The notes under the pieces are model-generated. The model did no database searches, was not told where the DNA came from, and saw nothing but the letters and a program-made list of their open reading frames with translations. From Paraspadella gotoi (taxonomy: Eukaryota; Animalia; Chaetognatha), in assembly GCA_051294375.1 (NCBI GenBank), contig CM119264.1:5811621-5875620 (forward strand): 64,000 bases of DNA. The letters are read 5' to 3'. Position 1 is the stretch's first letter. Every line of letters begins with the position of its first letter. The position numbers were made by a program, and so were the translations under genes. Shown in pieces: positions 58,955 to 64,000 of this stretch.

Positions 58955-61900
58955 TTCTATGGTAATTTTATCAACCCCAAACAAAGCGATCAAAAGCAAC
59001 GTAAGCTTACCAAAAATGGAAATTGCCGAAATCAATATATATCATGAACTATTACTGACATAGTCAATTAGTTGACAACTTCTGTCATATATGACCTAGA
59101 TCTCGCTTCTCTGAACTTCTCTCCTCGCTCGATTGTAAGCAGACCCTCGCTGGCGTCCACTCACTGCACTTGAGTGACATCGTTGTCCGTTCTTGGGCTC
59201 GAGCACACACTCGCACACCGGACTATCAACAGCACGTCCGCCTTCGAGCATGGTCAGACGGCCTGCGCATTACACTCCGAGTCTCACCCGATTAACTCGC
59301 CTGCACGCCAACACCGACGGTCTCGACATATTGTATCAGGGAAATCGTTAACATTCTCCGCCGACGTGCGCGTTTTTGGTAAAACATTATCTCTTTGCGT
59401 CGGTCTACGACTAGACCTCCAAGGTCATGCACCAGTTCGCTAAACTCTCTACCAAGTCCAGGGACGATTCATTATGCTCATTATCGAACAAAACTAAATC
59501 CCCTACCATAGGACAGGCATAACCTTCTCGGGCTAACGTCTAGGTGATCTCGCCTTGCGTAGGTAATTATCAAGCGCGTCATCACCAAGTCTTACAATCT
59601 GTGTCAACGGCAGAAGGAAATGCGCTCAAAGCATCCAGCGAGGTCAACTTCCTGGCTACTCCCCGTGCGCTTGTACTCAGCAAGTGACGGGTAACAGACT
59701 GAAACCCATCTCCAGATCTCATCCATCATCTCACCAGCTCTGTTTGTCTCATCAGCTAACAAGAGGGCCTCCCACAATAAACATGGACTAACGAACAGAG
59801 CACCCCTACAATTACCTCCCGCCATTGTGAAGAACGCTGCACGATGAAGTTCGTCGCCGATTATTGTAAGGTTGCAGCTTTTCTGTTTAGTGTCTCTCAC
59901 TTCTCCGTGCCCATACTGCTTATGCAATGAAGATTACGGTTGATGGGTAAGGGTCGGCCCGCGCTCTTCTTCTCGCTAAACCGGAAACCTATCCATCAGC
60001 AGGAACTCACAGCCGCTACGCCATATTTCGGAAGGCCGCCCAGAAGGGCTCGCGGAAAGGATACCTTCTCGGCGCACCCCCTCTGGTCGTTAGGGCCGAC
60101 ACAACCGAGACGCAGGCCTCAGCCGGTAGTCAGGGCGCTCGGGAAAACGTGTTGTCTACCCGTTGTCATGCCCTCCGCAGCGCTTCCGTAAACCGAGGCC
60201 GCAGATTACTTGAGGGCACATTGCTTATGGCGATTTCCAGTGGGCGGGCTTCGGCGCCGAGAAGATTAAGCGGCCGGCGGAACTTCAACGGCAACGGCCG
60301 GGCACGACGTCTCCGCACGTTTCCGCCACCGTGCAAGTCCTCCAGGACGGAGACAGCTGAAATGGTTCAGGCTGCGCTTCGTGTTCTCGCACGTGTCTTG
60401 GCAGGCAAGTCATCAAAACTCAGCTTCGCACGGTCACATCCCCAACCCACCCTAGTCCCCCCCTCAGAAAGGTTGGCCTCGGGAAGACATTCTTGCGCGG
60501 TAAGCATTTCGTGTGGAGAATTAGTAAATAGACTACACGTCATGCAGCCCAAAAAAGGCGAGCCCATTATAACGTTAAATACTGCGAACTTAATAGTTAT
60601 AAAATTAAAACATTATATAAAAAGAATAATTTATTTTTTATTACTAAATTTTACAAAAAATTAAAACTTTGTTATAATTTCCAACAATGTTATTACTGAT
60701 TTTTCAAGCTAACCCTGTGGTCTGAACTCTCGGTCTCATACTACGTGCCAATTCTCGATATTTGTCTTTCACCATGACGTTACTATCTTCTTTCTTCCTT
60801 ACTTCACCCGCGGGGTATCGAATCCTAATAAACAACTTCTGAACATCTATCCTGTTCTCTCAAACTCCTAGTGTTAGGAAACTTGCTCTGGTCTCTCTTC
60901 TCTTTTTCTTATGGCGACAAAGTTCATCTGGCGCTGAGGAAGAGAACTACGTCTCGCGCTCCCCGCCAAATACCATCAAGCTCAACAGGTCATACACCTA
61001 TGAAAAATACGACGGTGTCGTTATTTAAAATCTCGACTTGGAAAACGTAATTGAGGTTCTATAAAAATACCATTTATATAAAATAAAAACGAAATAAAAT
61101 AAATATGTAATAAAGTCTTAATATTAATGAAATCAGATTCATAAAGCTATGTTAAAAAGTAATATATTACCAGAATTTTTTTTAAAAAATGCAAAGAACT
61201 AGGAAAAAATTAACGATGATCTCATAAGATAAAAATATGGTTCGCAGAAGGACTCATTTTGAACATATTTCACTCAATTATTGAAATGCTTAGATTACAC
61301 TAGGTTAACCTTAAAAAATATTGTATCTAAAAAAAGATACGTGGACATTGTCGAACGCTGGTGGCGAAACGAACGTCAGCATAATACTATTCTGACTCGT
61401 ATGATCTCTCTCTATAAAATTAGAGTCGTATTTTGATATCGTTTTAAGGACACTCAATAAAATGCCTACCTTTAACATAAGACCGAAATATATATGTTGT
61501 AAAAAAGAGACATTATTGTTTATAAACGAATCGTTGACGAAGTTCTTAAAAAACAGCGATGTGGCGCTAAAAGTCCCATCGTCGTAGGACCAATTAAGCC
61601 TAGCTTCTTTAGGTATACTAGGGACATCTGTCAAACATCCACTGAATATAGCGTGACGTGAGTGCTGAACCAAGTGGAAATTATTTAAAATGACCAGCAC
61701 GAGGGTACCTCACGACATTCAAAGTCAGACGGAAGCATGACGCAGCAGACGTCATGGTCAATTTCGAGCGATCGAGCCCCGATAGGGGAACCAACTGACC
61801 GGCCGCAGAGGGGGCCACGACAGGGCACTGGCCGGCGCCGGGGAACGGCAGTAATCAACACCCCCCCGACAGCCCCTGCACGCAACCCAAACGGTGATTT

Positions 61901-64000
61901 CCTATAACGAACTACCTATCTCCGCAGTTAGCGTACAAAGTAGAGCAATACGTCCAGCAAGAGTGGGCCTCCGCGCCCCCCCTTGTCAGTCTCCCGACTA
62001 GTAAATACTACCTTTGCTACCCTCATGGTCCTTGGCAACAATTATACTCTTAGGCTAGGAGATGGCTCTTGTTTCTGGACCAGACTGTCACTCAGGACGA
62101 TCCCGACGTACAAATAAAATTTCTAGGTAAATTAGCATACTATTCGATCTCTACCAAACAGCCCGATCACCTAATTGAAAGTCGAATTCTACATACAGAG
62201 GATGTGTTTAGAAATGTAAAGTTGATTCATATCAAATGTATCCAGCATATACAGATGAGGCACACTAGTTATATTTAAATCTACATAAACGAAACGTTGT
62301 ACCTATCGTCATTAATGTATTCAATGGAAAACTATCGGAGCATACGATCGTTTTTCGCTGAAGAGTATATGAGAGGAACGGATTAATTTCAAGCGTTTAT
62401 ACTATACCACGGGAGGCATTCTGCTTATACAGATAACATAGGATGCTCTATAAATAAAGCTACCAGCGAATACTATTTCCCTATCTATTAACATCGCACA
62501 AAAATCAACATTAATTGGTACTATGTTCTGGTTCGAACTATCAGCATATTGATAACAATCTCTAATCATTTGGTATAGAAGTCGATAGTAATTCATTCTA
62601 TTTTATTTAAACAATCATGATTTTGATATATTTCCTATTTATCACTTTGAATCATTAAAACAATATTATTATTCTAAAATTGACAATAGACCTACGACAG
62701 ATGTAGGTTGGAAGACTCATGTGTTAATACTGATTATATGAATGCTTATTAAAATCTATATATTTTTCACAATAAACTGAAATTTCACAGCTATATTACC
62801 TTTGATCGGAATATCAGATAATTCGTATAAGTGGTAATTAATTTTATAACTATTGAGCGGATCTAAGCACAATAGAAGTTCGGTGCAACATGATTTATTC
62901 TAAAATGTCCTACGAATTCCATATTTTCGTAAGGACTACAGCTTACTAATTATGCTAAAACGGAAAAAAACTGGATTCATAACATATTTGATCAGATCGC
63001 AATTTTTACTTTTCATTGATTCAAACATGGAATTGATTCAGTACAAGACATAAAATGAATATCAAAGCCAATACCTATGTGGGGGTTTTATATATCAAAA
63101 CATACACCAATGAATAGGTTAATTACTGTACATTAAGCTGATTTAATAAGAGTCATGTCTATTCTGCACATTTTAAGCCATTGGATCTGTGGCTTCTAAC
63201 AATCAGACAACTCTATAATTAATAAAATTTTTTTTCACAATTTGTTTAAAGCAGTGAAGTTCGCTGTATCTGGATAATTTAGATCAGGTCCTATCGACAA
63301 TTAATATAAGTTCAACCTTTTAGACATTAGCTTACACATTAATAGGCGTTATCCTCCCGAGTCGGTCACACTCTCATGAAGAATCACATTTTTCACCCAT
63401 CAATTCTATCATAGCGTACTTGTCCGCCCCTTACAAGAAATTTCTCGCAGAGTATACAGGTCAGAGTAGCTGATCCCCCCAGGTAAAATGTCAACTAATT
63501 ACGTTCATTGTTCAACACTTGCAGATCTCACCCCTCTCTCAAAGACTTCCGATCTAACGCACGATCATACATGTTATATCACATTACGATTATTTATATG
63601 ATGAGAATATAAACTCATGCGTTTCATTTCATTATATGATTAATTGTGTAACTACACGGAATTCCTGTTGACTATCACAACTTATTTCTCTTACAACGGT
63701 GGGGTCCCCGTCCTCAACCTTGGTGAGCTCAAGCGCGTTTCTACTATGTGTAAGTAGTAATGATCTGAACCGATAAATATCTAATTATCAATTCATACCG
63801 GCAGCTGATAATACGATTACGTTTATGCTTGTCATGCCTCGCATATTACTAGATTCGTTGTCTTAACTCTCGATTCTGGGCTAGCGTACCTCAATTCTAC
63901 ACAAAATCACCAAAAACTAAACACAAGCGAGTAACAATGCCGAAATCACGTTATCACCTGAATGAACCGAACGACGAAGGACAACAAGACACGATGCAAT
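58955..64000. other. Probable uncorrected long-read gap fill (noisy copy of ~54.5-57 kb)
   Basis: Indel-riddled copies: 58958-59080 of 54530-54643, 59925-60770 of 55080-55653, 63020-63260 of 56740-56920, and 60820-61100 of reverse-complemented 57230-57480. Confidence 0.75.

Noticed and set aside
58955-64000. Diverged tandem duplication or novel ORFs at the window end
   Set aside because: Dense indels in colinear copies of 54.5-57 kb indicate a raw long-read fill; its ORFs are not credible.

Overview
Eukaryotic (animal, probably invertebrate) genomic scaffold with canonical GT-AG introns, GC-rich exons and AT-rich introns and spacers. All 15 confidently recognised genes lie on the minus strand: ARL6IP4, a C2H2 gene, NDUFA6, PFK, POLA2, a divergent EXD3/Mut-7-like gene, MAT2B, a second C2H2 gene, ADSL, MSH6, THOC7, ENTPD4/7, MRPL1, SPAST and NANP. 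Many are only 145-230 bp apart and have an unpaired 3' splice-acceptor-like site just before the ATG, which suggests polycistronic operons resolved by SL trans-splicing. The non-coding DNA is built from self-complementary mobile elements: Helentron/HINE-like elements, a hAT-like foldback, Tc1/mariner MITEs, a non-autonomous DIRS1-like element with ITRs and ICR, and Penelope-like termini carrying minimal hammerhead ribozymes. The five long introns that can be fully resolved each collapse to about 65-200 nt once their inverted-repeat-bounded insert is removed. The last ~5 kb appears to be an uncorrected long-read gap fill, and one NANP exon is out of order, probably an assembly error. All homology calls come from my recognition of motifs, not from database searches.
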